A program made the translations under genes and the position numbers. Under the pieces are notes generated by a model. That model had not been told where the DNA came from, made no database searches, and saw only the letters and a program-made list of their open reading frames with translations. A DNA stretch of 11,292 nucleotides. Source: Myxococcota bacterium (lineage in GTDB: Bacteria; Myxococcota; JACRCW01). The stretch covers positions 1 to 11,292 of the forward strand of contig JBFMGU010000318.1 of NCBI GenBank assembly GCA_040752415.1, written 5' to 3'. Positions 1-8,694 of the stretch are shown one piece after another (the stretch's first letter is position 1; each line of letters opens with the position of its first letter).

Positions 1-918
1 GACGCCAAGATCAAGGAGTACCTGGGCACCCCGCCCAAGCCGGTCCAGCGTCGGAGCGGCAGCTTCCCCAAGCCCGGCGAGCGCACCCCCACCCCGCCCG
101 CCGCCGCGGCCGAGCCCGCCCCGGTGGCCTCCTCCTGGCCGCAGGAAGTGCAGAAGCTCGCCGACACCAGCTTCGAGTGGGCCACCGAGTTCGTGGAGAA
201 GCCGGGCGCCCCGCGCTGGGGCTCCGCCGCGCCGCCCACGCCGCGCCGCACCACCACCCGCCAGCGCACCATGATGCTCCGCGCGGTGGACTACTTCGTC
301 CCCACGGCCAGGCCGGTGGCGCGGCTGGAGGCCGCCGTGGAGAGCGGCGCGGCGTTCCTGGAGGCCTACTTTCCCAACGGGCACCTCGGCGGGCTCACCG
401 TGGCGGCGGGGCCGCACGCGCTCTCCCCCGGGCACGTGGTGGAGCTGGCGGTGGCCCTGGATGGCCCGGTGCTGGTGAGCACGCTGCTCAAGGGTCGCGT
501 GGCCTTCGAGCGCGGCGGTGAGGGAAAGCGCGTGGGTGTGGAGTTCATGCCCAATGAGGGCCAGACCGTGGACCGCCTGCTGGCCACCGCGCGCAGCGGG
601 ATGCCGGGCGTGCGGCGCAAGCAGCGCGTCTCCACCGCGGTGGCCGTCACCGTGATGCACCCTGGCGGCAGCCTGGAGGTCCCCGCCAGCCTCAGCGAGT
701 CCGGCGCGTTCCTGCACAGCGCCAAGCTGCTCCCCGTGGGTGAGCCGGTCATGGCCCGCATCCAGCCGCCGCGCGGCCTGCCCGTCATCCAGCTGCGCAG
801 CTATGTGCTCTGGCAGCGGCAGGGCGGGGAGCCGGGCATGGGGATCAGCTTCGAGACCGCCAGCGCGCCGCAGCGGGAAGCTCTCCACGACGTGGTGCGC
901 CGGCTCCTGGAGAGTTGA
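1..918 (+). CDS. C-terminal part of a multidomain protein: Pro-rich linker and two PilZ-like domains (5' end outside window)
   Basis: Frame +1 is open from base 1 (DAKIKEYLGTPPKP...) with G/C-ending codons, so the GTG at 124 is probably internal. Second domain has RRKQR (613-627), SLSESG (688-705) and ends VLWQR..PGMGISF. First domain FLEAYFPNGHLGGL...GRV...VGVEF looks like a myxobacterial PilZ-like unit. TGA 916-918. Confidence 0.8.
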   Translation, partial: DAKIKEYLGTPPKPVQRRSGSFPKPGERTPTPPAAAAEPAPVASSWPQEVQKLADTSFEWATEFVEKPGAPRWGSAAPPTPRRTTTRQRTMMLRAVDYFVPTARPVARLEAAVESGAAFLEAYFPNGHLGGLTVAAGPHALSPGHVVELAVALDGPVLVSTLLKGRVAFERGGEGKRVGVEFMPNEGQTVDRLLATARSGMPGVRRKQRVSTAVAVTVMHPGGSLEVPASLSESGAFLHSAKLLPVGEPVMARIQPPRGLPVIQLRSYVLWQRQGGEPGMGISFETASAPQREALHDVVRRLLES

Positions 919-1101
919 TGCGGTGCGGTGGGCCCATGACGGAGCGCAGGACGGGGTGGCCCGCCACACCAACGCGGAAGACGACCTGCACAGCGGTGGT
1001 GGACGGTGGTGAGCGGTAGAACAGGCAGGCGCGCGTCCCGGAAGGGCGCAGCCTGGCGCACCGGAAGTCGTGACGGGCGCGAGGGCGCGCGTGGGCAGCC
1101 C

Positions 1102-2649
1102 ATGGAGAGATACGGTCGATACGTGCTGCTTGAGCACCTGGCCAGTGGGGGCATGGCGGAGGTGCACCGTGCCGTGGCCATGGGGACCGCGGGCTTCTCC
1201 CGACCGGTGGCCATCAAACGCATCGCCCCGCACCTGCTGGCGGACCCGGAAGCGGTGCGCCTCCTCATCCACGAGGCCAAGCTCGCCGTCACCTTCAACC
1301 ACCCCAACGTCATCCGCGTCTCCGACCTGGGCCTGGAGAACGGTCGCTACTTCCTGGCCATGGACTACGTGGCGGGCCAGCCGCTCAGTCGGGTGATGGC
1401 CCACGCGCGGGAGCGCGACGTGCGGCTCCCCGTGCCGTTCGTCCTCCACGTGGTGCGCGCCGCGCTGCGCGGCCTGGCCTACGTGCACCAGAAGACCGAC
1501 TACGACGGCGCCCCGCTGGGGCTCATCCACCGCGACGTCAGCCCGCAGAACATCATGGTGGGCTACGAGGGCGCGGTGCTGCTGGTGGACTTTGGCATTG
1601 CCCGCGCCACCCAGCGCGCCGTGCTCACCGGCGACGGGGTGCTGCGCGGCAAGCCCGGCTACCTGAGCCCGGAGGTGGTGCTGGGCGGGGCGCTCACCCA
1701 GTCGGCGGATCTCTACGCCATGGGCGTGGTGCTGCATGAGCTGCTCACGCTGCAGCCCATGCGCAGCACGGAGTCGCACCTGCAGACGTTGGCGGAGGTG
1801 ATGACCGGGGAGTTCCCGCGCCTGGAGACCCGCGGCGTCACCGTCCCCGACGACGTGGCGGAGGTGGTCCACCGCGCGCTGGCCCCCACCCCGGAAGGCC
1901 GCTTCCCCGACGCGGAGGCCATGGGCGCGGCGCTGGACCAGGTCATGGCGGCGCACGGATGGCAGCTGGACGCGCCGGGCGTGGGCGCGCAGATGCAGGA
2001 GCTGTTTGCCGACGACATCCAGCGGGAAGCGGACCTGCAGGCGCGTTTCCACCGGCTGATCCAGGAGAGCGTGGACGGCACGGTGACCGACGCGGCCGCC
2101 CGTGTCGCCACCCCCCTGCCGCTCGACGACGCCTTCCGCACCACGCCCGCCCTGCAGCCGCCCGCCGCGGTGCTGGCCGCGCGTGCGCGTCACGGCTCCC
2201 GCACCCCGCTGCGCACCGCGTTTGCCGCGTTGGCGGTGGTGGCGGGCGGCGGCCTGGTGAGCACCGGCTTGCTGGTGGGCGACGAGCTGGTGGCGGACTC
2301 ACGGGTGGCCGCTGCGCCGCCCGCGGCGTGCGTGGATGGTCCTCCCGACGACACGGCGGTGTGCCTCTGGCCCATGTCGCTCGTCGAGGGGGCGGCCGCG
2401 GGGCGCAGCGCGCGGACCACGAACCGGACCCCGGTGGGGCACGCCGCCGCTGCGCGCGCACCCACCCGTCCGCCGCCCCCGGCCCGCGCGGAGCGTCGCG
2501 TGCTGGAGATTCCGGATGACCCGCCTCCCTCGGAGCAGAAGCCTCCGCCCAGCCGTCGCGCCGACGGGCTGGCCCTGTTCCGGAACGTGGCGGAAGGCGC
2601 GCGGCGGATGGTCAGCGCGCTCTTGGACGGTGGCTCGCGCTACCAGTGA
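1102..2649 (+). CDS. Hanks-type Ser/Thr protein kinase with putative TM helix and Pro-rich C-terminus (515 aa)
   Basis: LASGGMAEV, VAIK, alphaC Glu (HEAK), HRDVSPQN, DFG, GKPGYLSPE, DLYAMG. Hydrophobic stretch AFAALAVVAGGGLVSTGLLVG at ~2218-2280. ATG 1102 (MERYGRY) fits better than GTG 1006. Confidence 0.93.
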   Translation: MERYGRYVLLEHLASGGMAEVHRAVAMGTAGFSRPVAIKRIAPHLLADPEAVRLLIHEAKLAVTFNHPNVIRVSDLGLENGRYFLAMDYVAGQPLSRVMAHARERDVRLPVPFVLHVVRAALRGLAYVHQKTDYDGAPLGLIHRDVSPQNIMVGYEGAVLLVDFGIARATQRAVLTGDGVLRGKPGYLSPEVVLGGALTQSADLYAMGVVLHELLTLQPMRSTESHLQTLAEVMTGEFPRLETRGVTVPDDVAEVVHRALAPTPEGRFPDAEAMGAALDQVMAAHGWQLDAPGVGAQMQELFADDIQREADLQARFHRLIQESVDGTVTDAAARVATPLPLDDAFRTTPALQPPAAVLAARARHGSRTPLRTAFAALAVVAGGGLVSTGLLVGDELVADSRVAAAPPAACVDGPPDDTAVCLWPMSLVEGAAAGRSARTTNRTPVGHAAAARAPTRPPPPARAERRVLEIPDDPPPSEQKPPPSRRADGLALFRNVAEGARRMVSALLDGGSRYQ

Positions 2650-2668
2650 GCCGCGTGACCTTCGTCCG

Positions 2669-3019
2669 TCACGGCGTGGCGTACTGCACGTACAGCGGCA
2701 CCTCGCCAAAGGGGCAGGGCGGGTAGCCCGACTCCATGCGCACCGCCATCCCGCTCGGTGACATCATGGGACAGGGCGGACACGCCTCGCAGCTTGGCGC
2801 TTCCGTCGTCAGCTCCGCGCCGGTGGGCTCCAGGGAGGGCGGCGGCGCGCGGCGCGCGGGCGGCTCCAGCTCCGGGAACACCACCACGTTGAGCGAGCCC
2901 TCGCCCACGAACTCCGAGATGAGCGTCACCCCGGAAGGCGCGGGCTCCGTCACGCCCGACGTGGTCTGCAGCGGTGGCGAGAGCAGCAACGTCAACGTGT
3001 AGAGGCTGGTGGCGAGCAC
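2669..3019 (-). CDS. Small hypothetical, probably exported Cys/Pro-rich protein (116 aa)
   Basis: In-frame GTG at 3019 with GGAGGT Shine-Dalgarno 5 nt upstream. Hydrophobic N-terminus MLATSLYTLTLLLSP. CEACPPC at 2771-2791 plus one more Cys. The ORF-track extension to 3364 runs through the MITE-like element. Confidence 0.65.
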   Translation of the reverse strand: MLATSLYTLTLLLSPPLQTTSGVTEPAPSGVTLISEFVGEGSLNVVVFPELEPPARRAPPPSLEPTGAELTTEAPSCEACPPCPMMSPSGMAVRMESGYPPCPFGEVPLYVQYATP

Positions 3020-3024
3020 GGGGC

Positions 3025-3030
3025 ACCTCC
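3025..3030 (-). promoter_or_regulatory. Shine-Dalgarno (GGAGGT) for the 116-aa gene
   Basis: Minus strand reads GGAGGT GCCCC GTG CTC GCC. Confidence 0.65.
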
Positions 3031-3117
3031 GCGGCGGGTGTCTGCACGAAAGGTAGAGCCCGCCCGGTGCGGCGACCAGTTCGCGTTGTCGTCCGCGCCC
3101 AAGGCCGGAGGGTGTTA

Positions 3118-3410
3118 GGGGCTGCGTCAGAACAAGATGCCCAGTGGGCCTGCTGACGTTGTGAGCGGACCACGACCTGGAGTGCGGCGGGCCCTCGCCG
3201 CCCTGGCCAGCGCCGAGTGCGTTCACAGCGGGCCGAACCGCCCTGGGACTCAAGGACGTCGGGCGAGGCGTTGTCTCGTGGCGCGTGGAGCCTTGACGGT
3301 TGTCCAAACCCATCGACGCTGACCAGGGCGGCGAGGGCCCGCCGCACTCCAGGTCGTGGTCCACTGGAGGCGATCAGGACCAGATGGGCAACCTATCTTG
3401 ATGCAGCCCC
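3118..3410. mobile_element. Putative MITE (293 bp, non-coding) with terminal inverted repeats and 3-bp TTA target duplication
   Basis: TTA(3115-3117)|GGGGCTGCGTCA...TGATGCAGCCCC|TTA(3411-3413). Terminal IRs 3118-3143/3385-3410 match 20/26 with the outer 8 perfect. No credible CDS inside. Confidence 0.78.
3164..3365. repeat. Long internal inverted repeat: arms 3164-3216 and 3313-3365
   Basis: 50/53 complementary, including a perfect 40-bp core (3167-3206 vs 3323-3362), with a 96-nt spacer. Confidence 0.95.
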
Positions 3411-4178
<768 letters not shown>

Positions 4179-4332
4179 CACTTGCCTCCGGGTTGTGCGC
4201 GCGCTGCCATAGTCCGGCCGCGCCATGTTGGGAAAGCCGCAGGCAACGCGCGTCCTCGCAACCGTTGCGTGCGGCTGGGCGCGGAGTGCGCACCGCTCGC
4301 GCGTTTCCCCGACGGAGCCCGAGGCGGCACCG

Positions 4333-4348
4333 TGGCACCCGCATTGCT
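4333..4348 (+). promoter_or_regulatory. Sigma54 (-24/-12) promoter
   Basis: TGGCAC-CCGCA-TTGCT matches TGGCAC-N5-TTGCW. GG at 4334-4335 and GC at 4346-4347 are separated by exactly 10 nt. Intergenic and oriented toward the ATG at 4361. Confidence 0.75.
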
Positions 4349-4360
4349 TGCCGCACCGTC

Positions 4361-4669
4361 ATGAGAATCGTGCACGAGGTGGCGGTCCGCTGTCCCATCA
4401 TCACGACGGGCGTGGACCGGTGGGGCCTGTCCATCCTGAAGGTGAAGTGCCCCCTGCGTCGGGAGATGCCGGCGCTGGACACCTGCCTGGAGTGCACGGC
4501 GTTCCGCGCGCTGCACACGCCTCGTGGTGGGGCCGCGTCGCTGGAGTGTGTGCCTGCGGATGCGCCCGCGGACCTGGTGGATGACGTGGTGGGCCTGCCG
4601 CCGGTGCCCGAGGAGGTGGACCCCTGGCTGGTGGAGACCGTCCTGGTGGAGCGCAAGCGCCGCGGCTGA
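4361..4669 (+). CDS. Small hypothetical Cys-containing protein (102 aa), possibly metal-binding
   Basis: MRIVHEVAVRCP...VKCP...CLEC...LEC, then an acidic/Pro tail. High GC3 codon usage. Directly downstream of the sigma54 motif. Confidence 0.7.
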   Translation: MRIVHEVAVRCPIITTGVDRWGLSILKVKCPLRREMPALDTCLECTAFRALHTPRGGAASLECVPADAPADLVDDVVGLPPVPEEVDPWLVETVLVERKRRG

Positions 4670-5476
4670 TCAGCCCTTCACCGCACCGGAGGTCAGTCCC
4701 TGCACAATCCAGCGCTGGAACCCCAGCACCACGACGACAACCGGCGCCGTGGCCACCACCGTCCCCGCCAGGATGCGACCCCACGGGACCTGGTACTGGC
4801 TGCGCATCAGCGCCATGGCCACGGGAACGGTCTGTCGCTCCGGGCCGGTGGTGAAGGAGAGCGCAAAGAGGAACTCGTTCCAGCAGTAGAGGAACGTGAG
4901 GATGCCGGTGGCGGCCAGGCCCGGCGCGGCCAGGGGCAGGATGATGCGCAGGAACGTGGTGACGCGGCCCGCTCCGTCGAGCGCGGCGGCCTCCTCCAGC
5001 TCTCGCGGCAGCTGGCGGAAGAACCCGGTGAGCACCCACACCGTGAGCGGCATGGCAAAGGTCAGGTAGGGCAGTACCAGTCCGGGAAAGGTGTTGATGA
5101 GGCCCAGCGCGCGCAGGAGCAGGTAGAGCGGCGGCACCACGCTGATCTGCGGGAACATGCTCACCGCCAGGATGAACGCCAGCAGCGGCGTCTTCCCGGG
5201 GAAGCGCAGTCGCGCCAGCGCGTAGGCGCACGGGCTGCCCACCACCAGGCACAACAACGTCGTGGTGAGCGCCACCAGCAGGCTGTTGCGGATGGGCACC
5301 AGGAAGCCGTGCTCGACGAAGAGCGCGCGGTAGTGATCCGGGACGATCTCGTGCGGGAAGAGCGGCGGCGCCTCGAACAGCCGCGCTTCCGACGTCACCG
5401 AGGCCACCAACGCCCAGTACAGCGGGAAGAGCGCCGCGGTCAGCCACAACAGCACCAGCAGCGGTGGCCGTCTCAT
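4670..5476 (-). CDS. Carbohydrate ABC transporter permease, MalG/SugB type (268 aa)
   Basis: About 6 TM segments, AYALAR, EAA loop LEEAAALDGAGR, WNEFLFAL, and C-terminal FQRWIVQGLTSGAVKG. ATGA overlap with the upstream gene and a GGAGG RBS. Confidence 0.95.
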   Translation of the reverse strand: MRRPPLLVLLWLTAALFPLYWALVASVTSEARLFEAPPLFPHEIVPDHYRALFVEHGFLVPIRNSLLVALTTTLLCLVVGSPCAYALARLRFPGKTPLLAFILAVSMFPQISVVPPLYLLLRALGLINTFPGLVLPYLTFAMPLTVWVLTGFFRQLPRELEEAAALDGAGRVTTFLRIILPLAAPGLAATGILTFLYCWNEFLFALSFTTGPERQTVPVAMALMRSQYQVPWGRILAGTVVATAPVVVVVLGFQRWIVQGLTSGAVKG

Positions 5477-7701
5477 GGGCCCTCCCCCTCGCGGTGCGCG
5501 CCGGAGAGACGGATGAACAGCGCGGCGAACGAGAAGGTGAGCAGGAAGATCACCACGGACACCGACGAGCCGAAGCCGAAGCGGAGGTTCTGCAGGAGCG
5601 CGTTGAAGGCGAGCAGGGCCACGGGCTCGGTGGCGGTGCCGGGGCCGCCGCCGGTCATGACGTAGATGATGTCGAACACGCGGAAGGCATCCAGCGCGCG
5701 CAGCAGCAGGACCACCACCATCGTCGGGCGCAGCAGCGGGAGCGTGATGCGGGTGAGCTGCTGCAAGCGCGAAGCACCGTCAATGCGCGCCGACTCGTAG
5801 AGCGCGGGGTCCAGCCCCTGCAGCGCGGCCAGCAGCAAGAGCGCCACGAACGGCGTGGTCTTCCACACGTCGGCGGCAATCACCGGGACCCAGGCCAGCG
5901 TGGCGTCGATGAACCAGACCGTGGAGGGCTCCACCAGGCCCACGCCGGAGATGGCGCGGTGGAGGATGCCGGCGGGCGACTCGAACATGAACCGCCACAC
6001 CAGCGCCGCCACGACGGTGGGAATGGCCCACGGCAGCAGGTTGAGCGCACGCCACACCCGCAGCCCGCGCGTCTGGCGGTGCAGCACCAGCGCCACCAGC
6101 AGGCCCAAGAGCAGCTCCGCGCTCACCGACACACCAGTGAACAACGCGGTATGCGCCACCGCCGACCAGAACCGCGCGCTGTGGAGCAGCTCCGCGTAGT
6201 TGGCCAGCCCGGCGTGCTGCGTGCCCAGCCACGGCGTGCGCAGGTCATGGTGCTGCAGGGATTCCCACGCCGTCCACCCCAGGGGAAACAGCGCCAACCC
6301 CACCATGACGACGAGCGCCGGCAGGATGAACCCCAGCGCGGTGCGCATCTCGTCGCGCTCGCGCGCGGTGGGGGTGGGCAGGGCGCGGACCCTTCTCCAC
6401 AACGCCACCAGCGCCAGCACCGCCACGAGGAGCAGCGGCCAGGGACGCGCACGCGCGGGGACGGGGGCGGCGTGGGTGTCCAGCACGTGCTGCATCTGCG
6501 CGGCCGCGGTGCGCAGCGGCTCTCCCGCCAGCCGCGACGACGCCAGCGCGCCATGCAGCTGCACCTGCAACAGCCCGCTGAGCTCGGTGTAGAGCGGCGT
6601 CACCGGGCGGGGCGTGGCGTGGGAGAGGATGGCGAGCGCGTCGGCGGGCGGGATGGGGAGCGCGCCCACCAGGGTGTCTCCCTCGTAGAGCGCGGGACGC
6701 GCGGGGTACTGGCCGGCAATCCGCGCGCGCTCCACCATCTGCTTCTCGTCGGTGAGGAAGCGCAGCAGCAGGTGCGCCTCCCGCGGGTGGCGGGTGCGCG
6801 AGTTGATGGCCAGCTGCGCGCCGCCCAGGGTGGCGGTGGGGGTTCCTTCCGTCGTGGCGGGCAGGGGCGCCACCGCGAAACGACCGGCCACGCGGGACTG
6901 CGTTGCGTCCGCCATGAGCGGGAACGCGTAGGGCCAGTTGCGCATGAACGCGGCCTGGCCGTTCTGGAACGCAAAACGCGCCTGCTCCTCCTGCCAGGAG
7001 AGCACCGCGGGCGGCACCGTGCCCGTCTCGTGGATCATCCGGTGCAACCGCCCAAGCGCCGCGCGCCCCGACGGAGAATCCACCGTCACGCGGTCATCCT
7101 GCAGCAAGGCGCCGCCGTGTCCGCCCAGGACCTCCAGGAACGAGCAGGTGAGCCCCTCGTAGCGCGCGCCCTGGAACACCAGCCCGTAGGGCACCCGGCC
7201 CTCGCGCACCAGGCGGCCCGCGGCCTCCTCCAGCGCGTCCCAGCTCGACGGCGCCGCGGCCATCAGGTCGGTGCGCCAGTAGAGCATCCCCGCGTCCACG
7301 AACCACGGCAGCGCATACTGTCGGTCCTGCCACCGGCTCGCCGCCAGCACGTTGGGGAAGAAGCCGTTGCTCGGCGCAAGGGTTGCGTCCAGGGGCAGGA
7401 TCCAGCCCGCGGCGGCGAACTCCGGGGCCCACACCACGTCGAGCTGCAACAGGTCCGGCTCCTCCGAGCGCGCGGCCAGCCACTGCACGAAGAGCTGGTG
7501 GCGCTGGTCGGCGGCGTCGGCGGCGGGGCGCACGCGCACCCGGATGCCGGGATGCTCCCGCATGAAACGCTCCAGCTGTTGGCCAAGCACCTGGCCCTCC
7601 GCGCCCAACGTGCTGGCGCTGATGGTCAACTCCACGCCCGCGCTGGCTGGGGTACACCCCAACCCCAGGAGGGCGGCGAGGAGCAGCAGTCGAGGCGACA
7701 T
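5473..7701 (-). CDS. Fused sugar-binding lipoprotein (trehalose/maltose-binding-like) and MalF/SugA-type permease (742 aa)
   Basis: Lipoprotein signal MSPRLLLLAALLGLG|C. Binding-protein motifs LDVVWAPEFAAAGW, ALPWFVDAGMLYWRTDL, YEGLTC, FMRNWPY, LGGAQLAIN, RPVTPLY. Then a linker TM helix and permease motifs GLANY, LPWAIP, DVWKTTPF, LYESARIDGAS, MTGGGPG. ATG 7701 preferred over 7746. Confidence 0.92.
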   Translation of the reverse strand: MSPRLLLLAALLGLGCTPASAGVELTISASTLGAEGQVLGQQLERFMREHPGIRVRVRPAADAADQRHQLFVQWLAARSEEPDLLQLDVVWAPEFAAAGWILPLDATLAPSNGFFPNVLAASRWQDRQYALPWFVDAGMLYWRTDLMAAAPSSWDALEEAAGRLVREGRVPYGLVFQGARYEGLTCSFLEVLGGHGGALLQDDRVTVDSPSGRAALGRLHRMIHETGTVPPAVLSWQEEQARFAFQNGQAAFMRNWPYAFPLMADATQSRVAGRFAVAPLPATTEGTPTATLGGAQLAINSRTRHPREAHLLLRFLTDEKQMVERARIAGQYPARPALYEGDTLVGALPIPPADALAILSHATPRPVTPLYTELSGLLQVQLHGALASSRLAGEPLRTAAAQMQHVLDTHAAPVPARARPWPLLLVAVLALVALWRRVRALPTPTARERDEMRTALGFILPALVVMVGLALFPLGWTAWESLQHHDLRTPWLGTQHAGLANYAELLHSARFWSAVAHTALFTGVSVSAELLLGLLVALVLHRQTRGLRVWRALNLLPWAIPTVVAALVWRFMFESPAGILHRAISGVGLVEPSTVWFIDATLAWVPVIAADVWKTTPFVALLLLAALQGLDPALYESARIDGASRLQQLTRITLPLLRPTMVVVLLLRALDAFRVFDIIYVMTGGGPGTATEPVALLAFNALLQNLRFGFGSSVSVVIFLLTFSFAALFIRLSGAHREGEGP

Positions 7702-7875
7702 GACGCGCACGGGAGCAAGACGAGAGATAACGCACGCGCGGGGCACATGCTCCCGGCCGCGGCGCAGTTCACCCGTCCGGTCGCGGGAGGCGGTGAGGCC
7801 TCATCCCCCGCTTGACGGCGGGGACAACGCCGCGTCATGGGAGGGGAGTTCCCGTGCCCAACAGGTGTCCCAACC

Positions 7876-8694
7876 GTGGTCGCGTCCCCCTCCAAGTCGC
7901 CGCTCGTCGAGATGGCCGACCGCCTCCGTGCGCTGGCGGACCAGGCTGCCGAGGTGGCGCGCAGCGCGCAGGAGGTGGAACGCGAGAAGGAGCGCCTGCA
8001 GCAGGAGGTGCAACGCCTGCGTGAGTCGCAGCAGCCCACCGCGGTTCCCGCGCCGGTGGCCGCCCCGTCGTCACCGCCGGCTCAGGCCGCGGCGGACCCC
8101 GCGCTGCACGACGCGTTCAGCCGGCTCTCCAAGGAGAACATGGAGCTGGCCAACCGTCTCGCCGAGCTGGAGGAGATGAACTCCGCGATGATGAGCATGT
8201 ACGTGTCCAGCTACCAGCTGCACGCCAGCCTGGACCCGGACCGCGTCATCAACATCGTCAAGGAGATCGTCATCAACTTCGTCGGTGGTGAGGAGTTCGC
8301 CATCCTGCTGCGGGAAGAGGACAGCGAGGACTTCGACGTCGTGGCCGGGGAGGGGCATGAGCGCCACTACCCGGAGCGTCGCGTGGCGGCGCAGGGCGTG
8401 CTGGGCGCGGTGGTGGCCAGCCAGGAGCCGTTTGTCCACGTCGAGGAAGGGCCGCCGCGGGGAGGTGTGCTGGCCGCCGTGCCGCTGGGCCTGGGTAACC
8501 GCGTGGTGGGCGCGGTGGTGATCTTCAAGCTGCTGCAGCAGAAGCCACGTCTCAACCAGAGCGACGTGGAGCTGCTCCACCTCTTGAGCGCGCACGCCGC
8601 CACCGCGCTGATGAGCGCGCGCAGCCACTCCAAGGTGGACCGCAAGCTGAAGACGCTGGAAGGCCTGATGCAGCTGCTGCGCGCCGAGGCGTGA
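7876..8694 (+). CDS. Coiled-coil plus GAF domain protein with no output domain (start uncertain: 7837, 7876 or 7912)
   Basis: Two heptad-like helices separated by an Ala/Pro linker, then SYQLHASLDPDRVINIVKEIVINFVGGEEFAI...GVLGAV...AAVPL..VVGAVVI..SDVELLHLLSAHAATAL, a typical GAF pattern. Confidence 0.85.
   Translation: MVASPSKSPLVEMADRLRALADQAAEVARSAQEVEREKERLQQEVQRLRESQQPTAVPAPVAAPSSPPAQAAADPALHDAFSRLSKENMELANRLAELEEMNSAMMSMYVSSYQLHASLDPDRVINIVKEIVINFVGGEEFAILLREEDSEDFDVVAGEGHERHYPERRVAAQGVLGAVVASQEPFVHVEEGPPRGGVLAAVPLGLGNRVVGAVVIFKLLQQKPRLNQSDVELLHLLSAHAATALMSARSHSKVDRKLKTLEGLMQLLRAEA

Noticed and set aside
2650..2680. CGTGAC-N8-GTCACG hairpin between convergent genes
   Set aside because: Short stem with no U-tract; insufficient to call a terminator.
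3164..3365. CRISPR array or simple intrinsic terminator
   Set aside because: Only two copies, inverted rather than direct; no cas genes; the stem is far longer than a terminator and has no U-tract.
5464..7815. 783-aa + strand ORF
   Set aside because: Antisense shadow of the binding protein-permease gene; Arg/Gly/His/Gln-rich with no motifs, as expected in high-GC DNA.
7812..7840. TTGACG -35-like hexamer within an imperfect palindrome (TGACGGCG...CGCCGCGTCA)
   Set aside because: No convincing -10 at 16-18 nt spacing; the palindrome is short and GC-rich, so chance cannot be excluded.
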